DNA of 64,000 bases, taken from NCBI RefSeq assembly GCF_009914755.1, contig NC_060937.1; one strand, written 5' to 3'. The position numbers and the translations under genes are program-made. This document shows, piece by piece, positions 30,623 through 46,037 of this stretch. Every line of letters begins with the position of its first letter. Position 1 is the first letter of the stretch. The stretch comes from the human T2T-CHM13v2.0 reference genome, Homo sapiens. Under the pieces are notes generated by a model. It did no database searches. It was not told the origin of the DNA and worked only from the letters and a program-made list of their open reading frames with translations.

Positions 30623-31040
30623 TGTTAGTTTCCCATGATGCCATGAGATAGTGCCATAAACTCACTGGCTTAAAACAAAAGAAGTTTATTCTCACAGTTC
30701 TGGAGGCCAGAAGCCGGAAATCAAGATTTCAGCAGGGCCACACTCCTGCTGAGGCTCCACTCCTCAGCCTCGTCTTAGCTCCTGGTGGTGGCCACAAATT
30801 CCCGGTGTTCCCCAGCATTCAGCTGCAGCACTCCCATCTCTGCCGCTTTTATCCCATGGGATTTCTCTCTTTTTCTTTAATAGGGACACCAATTATATTG
30901 GATGAGGATCCACCTAATGATTCATCTTAACTTGATCACATCCGCAAAGCTCCTATGTCTAAATAAATTCACTTTCACAGGTAACGGGGCTTAGGACTTC
31001 AACATCTCATTTTTGGGGAGACACAATTCAACTCAAGACA
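30623..31040 (-). mobile_element. MaLR LTR (MLT1B/C-like)
   Basis: ggcttaaaacaaaagaagtttattctcacagttctggaggccagaag...ggggagacacaattcaac. Confidence 0.85.
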
Positions 31041-31044
31041 GAGA

Positions 31045-31348
<304 letters not shown>

Positions 31349-33198
31349 CATGACAGAGATCTTGAAGGTGATGCATGCTGTGTCAATTGTGTTTCTATGT
31401 GGCAGAGATGAGGTATAAAAAAAAAAAAAAAGAAAGAAAAAAAAACACCCAAATTCCCTAATGAAGTACTGAGAAGATACTCAACCCTGTCAGGGGCCAT
31501 CTATGTTAAGAGATGAGGTCACCTTTTGGCACAAACTCTGGGAGAACGTCTTGAGCAAGATACAGTAGAGACAAGACATCCATGGCACCAGTGAGAGTCA
31601 AAGTCAGATCCAGTTACCCCGAGAAGGTAGGTATAGATTCTGGGGATAAGAGGTGTCAGATCTCAAGCAAAACCACTGCAACCTTGACTGCTAGATAGAC
31701 ATGAGACTTCACTCCAGAGGGCAGAGATGGCAAAGGATACCAGTCCCAATGACTCTGACTCTTACTCTTCACCAAAAGGTCATACGCACTCCAACCTTCT
31801 TTTTCCTGTCCATGAAAATGCCACTGAGAAAACTTAAGGGTTTCGAAGTATATAAAGGGACTGTTTCAATGATTGCATTGGATTGGACTCAGGACTGCTT
31901 CATAGAGATGTTCAGGTTTTCCACTGCAAAGGAATCTGCATAGACATAGTCCCACGGCCAATCTGCACTAACCCTATATGAGTGTGAAAGACTCTTGCAG
32001 GCTATTGAGGCTTCATCTCTGCACCACCCGTGGGTGTGAGTTTACTCTCCCTGCATTCAGTGTGCATGAGTTGAAAGGCTGGAAAGCACTGCTGGTCTCT
32101 CTTCATGGGTCCTCATCTTGAGACCAAGACTAATGAGAAAGCCATCTAGAGCCTTGGTACAGTCAAGATTGATGTTATTATAAGAATTCCTTCTGAATAT
32201 GCAGACAGAAGTAGAATAGAGCCAAGAAGGAAAGCAAAGGATGGTGCCAGGGAAGATTGATCTGTGTGGTGTTGAAGGAGAAAGGCAGAGCCAAAATGCT
32301 AGGCAGGCAGCAGGCGTGGTTGGGCAACAAAGTTGAAAAAAGGGTCAGCAAGCACATTTTCACGTGGCTAGAAGCTCTTGTACAGACCCTGTGCCTGGGG
32401 AGGGTTGTTTCCTTAGAAGGAGCTGGACTGGAAAAGATTCCAGAATGAACAACTTTCTGTGCACTGAGAACCAAGAAATTAAAATGTCCCAAGGGAATTA
32501 GAGTGGAAGCATCAATAACTCAGATTGGCTACAAATAGGGAAACCCAATACAATTGGCTGAATCAAAATTCATAATATGATTTAAATGTACCATGTTTAT
32601 TAGATCTTTTTCAAATTTGTCATTAATGTACTGACACTTCTAGGCTGAATTTGAAAGTCTTAGACTTGACATTGCAGCTCCTTTTTCCTTTGTAGTTTGT
32701 GAATACATAACGCTACATACATTACCCATAATCTATTAAGAAACTGTTAAAGAGCCATCTCCTGGTGATGTCTCTCTCTGACATTCATGAAATTTTATCC
32801 ACAAAGAAAATGTGTGACAACGCACAAGTGTCTTAAAATTGAGACTTGAAGCAGAGAGTTTTGTACACTTAAATATGGCATTTGCTGTCATATGGGCCTC
32901 CTGGGTAGAGTCAGTCTATGCATTGTTATGGAAATGTTTCTCTTCCCTCACATCTTATTCTTAGTTTTGTTCTTTTTGTTCAAACATTTAAATTTGAGCT
33001 AGATTGGAGAAGAGGATTATTATTTCTGACACATGTTACTTGAAAAGAATGATTTGTTTTTTCCTAAGTGTAAGAAGCAAATTTATTTTTTAAAATGGGA
33101 CAAACACATCCCTAGGCTTAGCAAATAAGAATATTTAAGTATTTAAACACCTATTTATAATTTATTACTTAAATTTACTTATTCCTCTTGATATCTTA

Positions 33199-33686
33199 GA
33201 GTCCCCAACCTTTTGCACCAGGGACCAATTTCATGGAAGAGAATTTTTCCACTGACTAGGGCAGTTGAGAGGGGATGGTTTCAGGATGATTCAAGTGCAT
33301 TACATTTATTGTGCACTTTTATTGATATTACATTGTAATATATAATGAAATAATTATACAACTTACCATAAGGTAGTTGACATGGAATTAGGGGGAGTCC
33401 TGAGCTTGTTTTCTGGCAAGTAGGTGGTCCTATCTGGGGGTGATGGGAAACAGTGACAGATCATCGGGCATTAGATTTTCATAAGGAGCATGCAACCTAG
33501 ATCCCTCCCATGCGCAGTTCACAATAGAGTTTCGCTCCTATGAGAACCTAATGCCACAGCTGATCTGACAGGAGGTGGAGCTCAGGTGGTAATGGTGTCA
33601 CCCACCACTCACCTCCCACTGTGCAGCCTGGTTCCTACCAGGCCACGGACCACTACCAGTCTGTGGCCCAGGGTTGGGGACCACTG
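33199..33686. mobile_element. MER1A (hAT-Charlie)
   Basis: TIR-like ends gtccccaacc / ggttggggaccactg, MER1A internal sequence (ataaggagcatgcaacctagatccc) and tcttaga on both flanks. Confidence 0.85.
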
Positions 33687-33829
33687 TCTTAGATAAGGAA
33701 TATTTATTTACCATGAAGAAAATATCTATAGGTGAAATGCACACATAAGTATGTATCAATATGTATTACATATATGCATAATTATACACACACACACACA
33801 TAATCACATTAGATTTAAAAATGTTTTTC

Positions 33830-34314
33830 ATAGAGCAACGCCAGGAACTGTTGCTACAATATCACCTGGGATGCTTATTAAACATGCAGACTGTTAGACT
33901 TCTACACTGATCTACAAAATCAGAACCTCTGGGTAGAACCAGGGAACATGTCTTTTTAAACAAATTCCCACCCCTAACCCTATGCCCACACATTCTAATG
34001 CAGAGATTGTCAATCATCTTCTGTAAAGAACAAGATAGTAAATGTCTTAGGCCTTCTGGACCATACTTTCTCTGCTGCAATTATTCAGTTCTGTCATCGT
34101 AGCACAAAAGCAGTTATAGATACTATAGAAATGATTGTGCATGGTTACATTTCTATAAAACTTTATTCAGGTGCACTGGAATTTCAGTTTCATAAATATT
34201 CACATTATTAAATATTATCTTTTGACAATTAAAAAATAGTTTAAAAATGTTAAACTATTCTTATCTTTCGTGGCGGGACAGATTTGGTCTCCAAGCTACA
34301 GTTTGCTGACCCTG
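33830..34314. mobile_element. MER5A fragment followed by MER58B (34001-34314)
   Basis: atcacctgggatgcttattaaacatgcaga (MER5A), then ttctgtaaag...atagtaaat...gtttgctgaccctg (MER58). Confidence 0.7.
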
Positions 34315-34776
34315 AAAATCTGAGGATAATTTAGCTGGACTGATGGCAAACAATATAAATGATAGGCATTTATAAATATTTGTCCAGAGCAAAAGATTGT
34401 TATGGTTTAATGTTACTTCAACCAGAAAAACACACTAGTTCTTTCTATGTTGTCATGTTACATGTTTGCCAAAAGATTAACAACTTCAACTAAGAATTTT
34501 TACATGTCTAATTCTTGCTGTTATTATGAATGAATACCAATATTTTCTCAACCCATACATCAAGCAAATCAAAATAAGTAGCTACAAACTTATGCTGTAA
34601 ACCTTTTACTGGCAGAGAAGAAAAGAGAGTAATAATATATGATGATAAGATGATTTGTGGACCGATGACCTGGATCAATCCATCCGTTGTGTAGTCCGAG
34701 GAACAGTAGTGAGAAAACATCAATTCAGGCCAACAACTTTCTCTCCTCAATTCGTTTTCAAATCCTTCCTGCTATT

Positions 34777-35065
34777 TATTTTTGAGACAGATTCTTATGC
34801 TCTCACTCAGGCTGGAGTGTACTGATGTGATCTCGGCTCACTGCAACCTCTGTCTCCTGGGTTCAAGCGATTCTCCTGCCTCAGCCTCCTGAGTAGCCAC
34901 AATTACAGGCATGCGCCACCATGCCTGGCTAATTTTTGTATTTTTAGTAGAGACAGGGTTACACCATGTTGGCCAGGCTTCTCTCGACCTCCTGACCTCA
35001 GGTGATCCACCCACCTCGGCCTCCCGAAGTGCTGGGATTACAGGCGTGAGCCACCACACCCAGCC
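34777..35065 (-). mobile_element. AluSx-like
   Basis: Antisense Alu with a perfect 14-bp TSD tccttcctgctatt. Confidence 0.95.
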
Positions 35066-36757
35066 TCCTTCCTGCTATTATAACTTCAAAAGATTATAAC
35101 AAATTATCCTTCTTTTGTGAATGCATGTGTTACAGGATGAGACACTAATTTGTGCTGTTTCCCTGTGGTTTTCCTACCTCCAATGAGAAAGCCTCATTGA
35201 TATTTCTATTACAGAGCCTGAAGCAGATGCTACCTTGTGGACACCTTAATTCTAACCTTAGATCCTAAAGCCCATGTTTATTGAAAGTTGATGTTGATCT
35301 TTACCAGACAGGCGAGGAAAGCAGCTACTTCCCTTGCACGGAAGAAGAAACCAAGGCAAGGGGAAATGGGAGATTTGCAGGACTGCAAGGGTGAGTCCAC
35401 TTGGACCACCATCTCTTCTTTTTTGCAGGATGAAGGGAAAGGCCTGGAAGAGAATGGATCTCAAGAGAATGACTGTACCACTAAGGCTTGAACAAAATCC
35501 CAGAATCCAACCTGGGCCCCACTGCAGCAGCCACAAATTCTGCTTTACTGGACAAGGAGCCCATCACCAGTGACTTAAACAGATGACCAGAGGTCCTGTT
35601 CCTCTGTTTAGCTGGCACAAGCCCTTGAATCTGCACATGAATTGGGGATTAACATGCACGGATATTGTTGGAGCATCATCACCTTGGTGAGTAAGATTAG
35701 AGGTTAGATTTAATAAACTCAAAATTGTTCCCTGCTAAACAAATATTTATCAGCTGAGTATAATGTGGATTTTGTTTACCAACTTTCTTGAAACAATTTT
35801 TTCTACATTATATCCATATCATTAATTTCACATCAACAATCACACAAATTTCAAGAATTAGTAATCAATTGTGAGTAGAGTGATTTACTTCAATTACTGA
35901 AGAAAACATAATTTATGGAACAAGAAATAATAATTTATGGAGAAAGCTTAATAATATGAAAGTCTCAGAATAAGAAATAGAGTCTTACCTGATTCTTATA
36001 TTTCAGCTACGCTGAGTGCTACTATGACAAAAGCTGACAGTTTAGTAGGAATGGTGATGTCTCTGCAATGAAGATACCACGTAAGATTCCTGTATAATTT
36101 AAGCACCGCACCGATGAAGTTGAATGGTAAGTTGGTTAAAAAGCAATTACATCACAGGAATTTCTTTCATTGTGTTTTATCTCACTGGCAACAGCCCACC
36201 ACATTTGCTAATGCTTGAGTTTGGGTTAATGAATTTGACTCACAGGAATTGATAAGGGCAGGGTTAAGGTAGATTTGTGTAATAGATAAATGATGCTGAT
36301 TTAATTATTCCTCCGTTTTCCATACAGAGCATACTTTCAAAATCTCCTTTACCACCTTCTGAATTATAAGGCCATAAATAATTCAGTGGTGCCTTTACAT
36401 GAATTCCTATTTTGTTTATTGTGACAACATGTGAATAGATTTACAGATATGGGCAGAGCAGGTTATTGCCCGGTCCATAGGCAAAGCATGAGAGGTGTGA
36501 AGGAGAGTGCCTGGAGGTTCTCAGGCCCTGCACGGTGAAGCCAGGCTCCCCAGCTTCCAGCCTTGGCTTCTCTCTTGCTATCTGTGGGATCGTTACCGCA
36601 TACACGAGCCATTTAATTTCTTCTGACGTCGGATTTTTTTCAGCTGTAAATGCAGGAATTAGTTACATCGATGGCTTCCAAACCTGGCTTATCAGAGTCA
36701 CTCAGCAAGCTTTTAGGAAACATGGATTCTCTGATTCTCTGAAATTCTTATTCAGGG

Positions 36758-37340
36758 TGTAGTGAAGAACTCACCCTACCTAAAGGAGGTCTGGCCTTTA
36801 TCATCAGCTACTGGGAAGTGACATGTTGGCCACTAGGATGTCCTGCATGATAGAAGTGTCTTTGTTTGGAGCTTTGGCAAAGTGACTTACGATAGGGACT
36901 TTCAGGCACACAATATTATTTTCAACTTTTGGAGAAACTGGCAACAAAAGGTATTTAGCCCAGACCTCCAGAAGGGGAGGAAGAATGAAAGTTAGCCACA
37001 CAGGCAGTGTGTGAGGGAGCCAGGTCACAGGGGCGGGAGCCCACTTCCTTGGCTGGCCGTACCCTGTGGTGCCCCCTCACAGATGCCGGGAGGGCATGCG
37101 CCTCTTTCTGCGGCTGTCTCTAATTCTAATTTATATCCTTCATCTGTAGCAAACCTTACTGTGAGGACAATAGCTTTCACAGAGTTCTGTGAGTCCAGTG
37201 AATTATCAAACTTAAGAGCAGATGCGGAGACCGTCGAATTTGTAGTCAACTGGTCTCAAGTGAGGATGGTCCCCAGACTTCTGGCTCATGTGTGCAGGGA
37301 GGGCAATCTTAAAGGGATTGTTTCCTTAGATTTTTGTTTG
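36758..37340 (+). mobile_element. LTR, MER21-like
   Basis: tgtagtgaagaactcaccctacctaaaggaggtctggcctt...gagttctgtgagtccagtgaattatcaaac matches my recall of MER21B/C; the 3' boundary is approximate. Confidence 0.7.
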
Positions 37341-37396
37341 CCTCACCCATTGTAGCCTGTGTATTTTAAAGAAGCTGGAGATTGTTAATAAAAGTT

Positions 37397-37530
37397 TGCC
37401 AGGCACAGTGGCTCACACCTGTAATCCCAGCACTTTGAGGCAGAGGCAGAAAAATCGCTTAAGCCCAGGAGTTTGAGACCAGCCTATTGCCTGGGCAACA
37501 TAGCAAGACCCTGTCTCTACTAAACAAATA
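37397..37530 (+). mobile_element. FLAM / AluJ left monomer
   Basis: Left arm only, with J-type sequence and an A-rich end. Confidence 0.85.
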
Positions 37531-38897
37531 CATTTTTTAAAAATTAAAAACCCAAAAGTTTGAAAGGTATTGCAGGCCATATGACATCAAAAGTTTCTTT
37601 CCATGTCTAAACTTTATTTTTTTGATCTATTTTATCTATTTGCTTATGCATTTGTTTTATATTTAAACCTGAAGTGCGGAAAGCTGGGTGATCCATATTC
37701 CTTAATTTATGGAACATTATCATTTTTGGTCCCTGCAAAAAATTGTGCCTTGATTTTGTTTTGTTTTGTTACTCTTTATCCCAGGTTGACATTCTCATTT
37801 CAGCGTGTTGTATGTTCTTGTGTACGCATGTATTCTTGGACGTATACATCACATAGCATTGATTGAGGTTCATGAGTTTTTATTTCACATAAACAATATG
37901 GCATTATAGAACCTTGTTTATGATGAGTTCATTCAGTACTATGTATTCAGATGGGTTCCGGTTCTTGTGTTATATGTAATTCACTTTTGGCATGCCTGCA
38001 AAGCCCTCCACGAATGCATTCATCACATTTGCTTATCATTGCTCTAGTGTTCAACATGTGAGTTGTCTCAAATTATCCACTACATCATATGACATCAGGA
38101 TGAACATTGCTGTCCGTGCCTTTTTATGGGCCTGGGTAAGGGTTACTCTGAGACACACAACCAGGAGTGGGATCTGGGACACAGTGGCCATGTATACTTA
38201 ATTTCACCAAGGACTTTGCAGGAGTTGTAACAATTTACACCAACAGTGCATGAAGATTCTTAGACTGCCACACTCTTGCTAATTTGGTACTATCCTACTT
38301 TTTAATTTTCACTTAACTGATTAATTTCCCCTCTGAATAACTAGTTCATAACCTTAGCCCAATTTTCCATTGAATTTTTTTTTATCTTTTTGTTGTTGAA
38401 TTGTAGGAGTTCCTTGTATTATAAACAGGTTTCACTATTGCAAATATCTTGTCTGAATCTGCCTCTAGTCTATAAAATTTGTATACGGCATCTTTCATTT
38501 AACAGACATTCTCGATTTTGAATCGTTAAATCCATCAGTGCCTTTCCTTACGATTTGTCTTCCTGGGGTCATGTGTAAGAAACCATTTCCAACTCAGAGT
38601 CACTGAGGTATTCTCTATTGTCTTTATAGTTTTATCTTCTACTGTTAAGTCTTTAAATAGTGGTGGTAAATATTTAACTTTATTTTTGAGTCAGTTTTCC
38701 TGCATCATTTATTATTAAACAATCTAATCTCAACCACTGACTATGATGCTCTTTGATAATATACACCAGGTTCCCTCAATGGGTCATGTAAACACTTGAG
38801 GCTTTTAGTGATTTTTCTATTTTCTTCATACTTTTTGTTTCTGTGCCATATTTGTATTAATATGACTTTCAGTAATTCTTAGTATGTAATATGGTGA

Positions 38898-39225
<328 letters not shown>

Positions 39226-39356
39226 TAATTTAAATTTCAAAATAAGCTTGTAGTATTTTGTTTAAAATTATCTTGTAATTTAGATTGGATTTACAACAAA
39301 GATTGTACCATTTGATTTTTATTTGTTTATAGCTTTTTGCTGTAGAAAATCCTATT

Positions 39357-39444
39357 CAGGTCTTGAACTCTTGAACTCAAGTAATCCTCCCGCTTCAGCC
39401 TCCCAAAGTGCTAGGATTACAGGCGTGAGCCACAACGTGCAGCC
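39357..39444 (-). mobile_element. Alu 5' fragment
   Basis: caggtcttgaactcttgaactcaagt...ggattacaggcgtgagccac. Confidence 0.85.
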
Positions 39445-40245
39445 AAAAATCATATTCTGAAGTTAATAATAATTTTGTCTCTTCCCTTTCTATTGATATG
39501 CTTCTTAATTCTTTGGCTCATCTTATTTCTTTGGCTGTATCTTCCCTCCATTACCTTCCATACTGGAGGTGACAGTAACCACTCTCTGTGTTCTTAAGTG
39601 GGTTTAATAGGTCTCCACTGAGTACTATGCCTGCTATTGGTTTTGGGATATAGTCTTTATCAAGTTATAATATTTCTTTCTATTCCTGGTCCCCTATGAT
39701 TTGGTTTTTTATTACTAATATTTTATTTGGGATTTCTGTTTACTTCAGTAATCACAAGTAAAAAAGGCCTATCATGCCGTTTTTTTTTACATTATTTTTA
39801 TAAATACAGTCTGTAATCAGTGTTACATTAGCTAAGAAAATGAGCTGAGTAACATTGCTTCTATTTAATTTTGAGAAAAAGTATTTTTAAGATAGGAAAA
39901 AACTGTTCTTTTAATGTTTGGTAGAATTCACCTAAAAAATTGAGTGTGAGCCTGTGTGATACCTTTTGTTTCTATTTTTTATTCTTATTTGATATATTTG
40001 CATTTTTATCTTCCCAGCACAAATATTGGCATCATATATTTTCCCAGAAATGTAATTATTTTACCTAGATTTTCAAATTTATTGGCATATAGATATTCCT
40101 AACATTATTTTGCTATTTTTTCAAATGTTCATTCTGTCTGTTTCTCTTTTACTTTCTGTGTTTTATTTATTTATAACTTCTTTCTCTTTCATTAGTTTTG
40201 TCAGAGATTTGTCCCTGTTTTTAGTCTACAGTGAACTAGGCTTTA

Positions 40246-40585
<340 letters not shown>

Positions 40586-40599
40586 TAGTTTTTTTATAG

Positions 40600-40971
<372 letters not shown>

Positions 40972-42098
40972 TCTTTTTCAACTTCTTAAGTCGAATACTT
41001 ACCTCACTATTTTCCAGTTGTCTCATTCACCAAATAATTCATTAGAAGCCGCATGCTGTTTTAGCTAAGTTATACACATGTGGATGTGGAATATTTTATC
41101 ATTTAGCTTAAATATTTCATAATCCCCATATAATTTGCTCTTTAACCAAAATTCATTTAGTAATCATCTTCTTAGGTTTCAGATATCTGGAATTCTCTTT
41201 AGTTCTTCTTTGTTACTGATTTATAATATTAATAAACTTAGTTTGGGTCATTGTGGCCTAAATTTATTATTTCACTAGAAATGGCAAAATGGTGACTTGA
41301 TTTTAGTTATTGCTTCTGTATTTATTAGCTGGAATTCTTCTTTAAAGAAGAAATATCTCTTACCAACCATTTTCTTAACTTGAGTTAGAGTTGGTAAAAG
41401 GAATTCAGGATGAATTTTTGATTTCTTGCCCTCATAAATTTTCAGAATCACAGGCTGCTGTATTAGCAACCTCTGGTGGTGGCCACTGCGCGTGCTTTGA
41501 TATCACTAAGGCGCCATAAGCTTTCAGTTTCTTGAAGCGTTGCTATTCATTGTCATCATTATTCTTTTTTATACTAAAATATTCCCCTATTAGGCCAACA
41601 GAAGCACCTTTAGATGAGTTCCTGTGTCCCTTTGATAAGACTCTGTTAATCTTTAATGACTGCCTTAATTTCCAGCATAACAAAAAGTTAATGCCAGAAA
41701 GATTTAATTTATAAATTTGCTGCCCTAGACATAGCATTGGAAATAGCTCCGAGGTGTTCAGGGTACTTTTAGTGGAAGTTGTTATTTAGAGGCCACAGTT
41801 TGGGTGCTAGTGGTCCTTATGTTTCTAAGCTCAATGTTTCTAGTCTGGAAAATACATATATATATTTAAAGCAACATATAAAATTGTGCTGACATTTCCA
41901 ATTAAAATTTAATATTACAACATTTTAAAATTACCTATTTTGTTTCATTTGCTCAGCAAATCTACTTCTGTCCTGGCATACATCACCATTTTATTGTTCA
42001 TCCTTATATTGTTTCTTTTTTTAAAAAGTTGCCCTTCCCCTTAGTTACTTTGGAGTTGACATACAGCCAATACTATTCTATTATACTATTATAATACA

Positions 42099-42099
<1 letters not shown>

Positions 42100-42159
<60 letters not shown>

Positions 42160-42165
42160 TATATA
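42100..42165. repeat. Compound (TA)n(CA)n microsatellite
   Basis: Read directly: about 20 TA units followed by about 10 CA units. Confidence 0.97.
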
Positions 42166-43236
42166 ATATAGTATACTAGTATACTATTCTCCGCTTTCCT
42201 TCTTTTATTTTATAATACAGCCTAGAAAGCCATATTACTATGTAGAGTTCCTCTCTACTGCTTTTTATAGTTAATTACATGTATTCCATCTTGTGGATTC
42301 ACCAAAGTTTTTCATCCAGACTTCTGTTGATGGTCATTTGGGTTATTTCCAGTCTTTTGCTTGCAGAAATAAAGGCTAAAAAATATGCAAATATCATTTT
42401 ATGTTTTTGTCTTTGAGGTAGATATAAAAGCCTCAATGAGTTAATTCATATGCAACTTTTCTCTGTACAGCTGAATTCCTCTCCTCAAGTGTTGCATGAT
42501 TTTGCATTCTTACCAACAATGAGCACTCACATTTCCCCATGGTCTCACCAATAGAATACGTTGTCAAATATTTGGATTTTTACTGAGCTCATAAATACTA
42601 CATGGCATCTCAATGAAGTTTAATACACTTTCTTTTCCCCATGAGCAAGACTAACTTTTTTGAATTATCCCTTTTTCCTTGTAGTTTTGCTGGTCGTTTC
42701 CTGATATACTGTGAGGCAATATTGTTGGGTCAGTAAGTGTTTATAATCACAAAATCCTAATATCTACTCTTATTTTATTACATAATGTCAGCTGTGAAAT
42801 TTTTGCCTTGAATTTTTGTTCTGTGTTTGGGTGTCTTGGCTTTCTTTTGGCTTACATGTGTCTAGTATATCTTGCTCAATCTTTTCATTTACAAACTTCT
42901 TGGATCTTTTGGTTTTAAGTATGCCTCTTGTAAACAACATATTGCTCACTCTGTTTGATCTGTAGATTACAAATCTGAGAATGTCTCGATCACTAAGTGT
43001 GACCATTTACATATTTCAATGAGTCTTATAGTTAGATTTATTCTTCCATCTATTTTATGTTTTTAAACCATCAACACATATTTTATGTTTTTAAAAAACA
43101 TGTCAGTATTTTTCACTGTTTCCCATGGTGCTGGCTTTGCCTTTTCCTGAAAAACCAATAGTAAATTATTTATTCATGTGTAATCCATGAAATATAGCTT
43201 ATAAAAGCTAAATGTATTTTTCTTAATTCTTAGTTC

Positions 43237-43534
<298 letters not shown>

Positions 43535-45069
43535 TAAAGAGGATTTTGTCTTGTAAAACTTCCTAGGATATATATGATTGAGACTATTAAGTAGAAAAAG
43601 TCTAGTTTCAATGTTATATCAATACTGAAAATAACTCCATCATCTGGCTTATTTTGCTGCTGATGAGAAGTCTGATGTTTATCTGATTCTTCTTCCATTG
43701 TAGGTGATCTGTTTTATCTTTCTAAAAATTTTTAACTTGATGGCAGCAATAATCTGCCTTGGATTATGACTAAGGAAAACAATCAGAAACAAAATGCTCT
43801 CCTCAACCTGTCCCCCATGCATGCTCCCGGCTCACTTTTTTTTGAGTCTGCCATCTTTCTGCATCCTCCAGGAAACAACCACCTTCTCTCTTCCTGGAGC
43901 TGTCAAATAGCTTTAATGTCATTTTCTCACATCCTTCAAATTCTCACTTCCACAGAATCTCCAGAGCTGGGGACTGGGGAAAGAGCTGGCAGTGCCTATG
44001 AGTTTATCATCCTGACAGGAGCTGGAACAGCACCAATTTCACTTAAACCTTAAGCAAACAGTCCAGTGTGTACATGTGGCTTTAAACCAAAGTTATGTAA
44101 CTTCTGAGTTGCTTTTTGTTGTTTTAACACTATTATTTGATTCTTTCAATATTCTAAAACCTACATCCATTTCCTTGATACAGGATAATTACATATTTGT
44201 AACACAGATATCATAAATATTATTAAAATATTTTTCTTCAGTTTGGCTGTTTTCTTTATCATTTTTGCTAAATAACAAGCTATGTTCAATATGTTTGATG
44301 AAACTTTGAAAAAAATACCTTTTGTCGTCTAATCTGGATGTATATTCTTGATTTGTCATCAACAAGCAGAGGAAAACCTTTCATTGGTTTTGGTGAAAGA
44401 AAAATTTATTTCCTCTTCAGCCAGGTCTGAACGATTCTTCTTGAAGCTATGCATGCACTCCCAAATATTTTCTCCTGGCAAATCAATGGCTGGAAATGTG
44501 CTTCATGATCTTTTTTTCTAAGTGGTGACAGGGCTAAATGTTTCCTAAAACTGAGGCCTGAAGAGAGAATCTGGTCTGACATCCAGCATACAGTAGAAGA
44601 TATCTACTACCAGTGGGTCTTCTACCCTCCTTACAAGGGAACACAGGTGTAAGAGAAAAACAGAGAACACTATTTTTATGTATAAATTATTGGGGGTAGT
44701 CGCTAGCTTTTGAAATTTGGATTTAAGTATTCTTTATTTTGAACTCTCTTTCTTACACTTGCTGTCTGTCCATCTGGCCATCTCAAATGAGAAAGAGGAT
44801 TCTGACAAAAGAGAACTTAAGATGAAAGATGCACCCTGACCAGAGGCATCCATAGTACCCAAAAGAGAAACACAGCGGGAAGACTACTGATACTAAAACA
44901 TCTGTTTGTGAACATATGGAAAATCCAATTATAAGAACAGGGGTGCCTGTGAAGCAGACAGACTAAAATGGTGAATTTAAACTGGTTCTCTGCATAAATT
45001 AAGCAAAATTCTTTTCTCTGTTACATCGTCGCACTTTTTAAATTTGCATGCATGTCTGTGTGTTTATCG

Positions 45070-45338
<269 letters not shown>

Positions 45339-45743
45339 TAATATAGTCTTGACTTTTTAAAACTCAATCATTTGGTATTGATCAAGCTGATCCCGTGAAG
45401 ACTGAGGGCATAGGCAGGCAATCCAGAAGCATCTGTGTGGCCAAGCACACTCTAGAGTCAAGCACCTGCTAGGATGAGTCAAAACAGGCACCAGGCACGG
45501 TTTATTTACAGAATACATGTAGTTCCCACCCCAAAGGAAATGTATTTCTCCAGGATGAGTTTTTCACTATTTGTATATCAAACATTGTCAGTATTTAATA
45601 GACAAGGAATAATTAAAGCAATCAATTTCTTTTTTTGTAAATAATTTTAAGTACACAAATAATTTAGAATAACTATAGAAATCTAGGAAAACATTCTCTA
45701 TAATGCCACAATCCCCAAATAAATATTATTTAGAACTTGTGTG

Positions 45744-46037
45744 GGTGGGCGCAGCAGCTCACACCTGTATCCCAGCACTTTGCGGGGCTGAGGTGGGCAG
45801 ATCACCTGAGGTCAGGAGTTCGAGATCAGCCTGGCCAACATGGCGAAACCTCGTCTCTACTAGAAATACAAAAATTAGCTGGGCAAGGTGGCGCACACCT
45901 GTAGTCCCAGCTATTCAGGAGGCTGAGGCAAGATAATCACTTGAACCCAGGAGTTGGAGTTTGCAGTGAGCTGAGATTATGCCACTGAACTGTAGCCTGG
46001 GTGACAGAGCAAGACTCCATCTTAAAAAAAAAAAAAA
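45744..46037 (+). mobile_element. AluSx-like
   Basis: Full Alu with a poly-A tail; ttgtg(t/g)g on both flanks. Confidence 0.94.

Noticed and set aside
34630-34720. ATGATGA box-C-like motif, possible C/D snoRNA
   Set aside because: There is no CTGA box D at a suitable distance and no terminal stem.
41465-41490. Possible CTCF site (CCACCAGAGGTTGC, minus strand)
   Set aside because: Two mismatches in the conserved GGC part of the core, and it lies inside the old L1 block.
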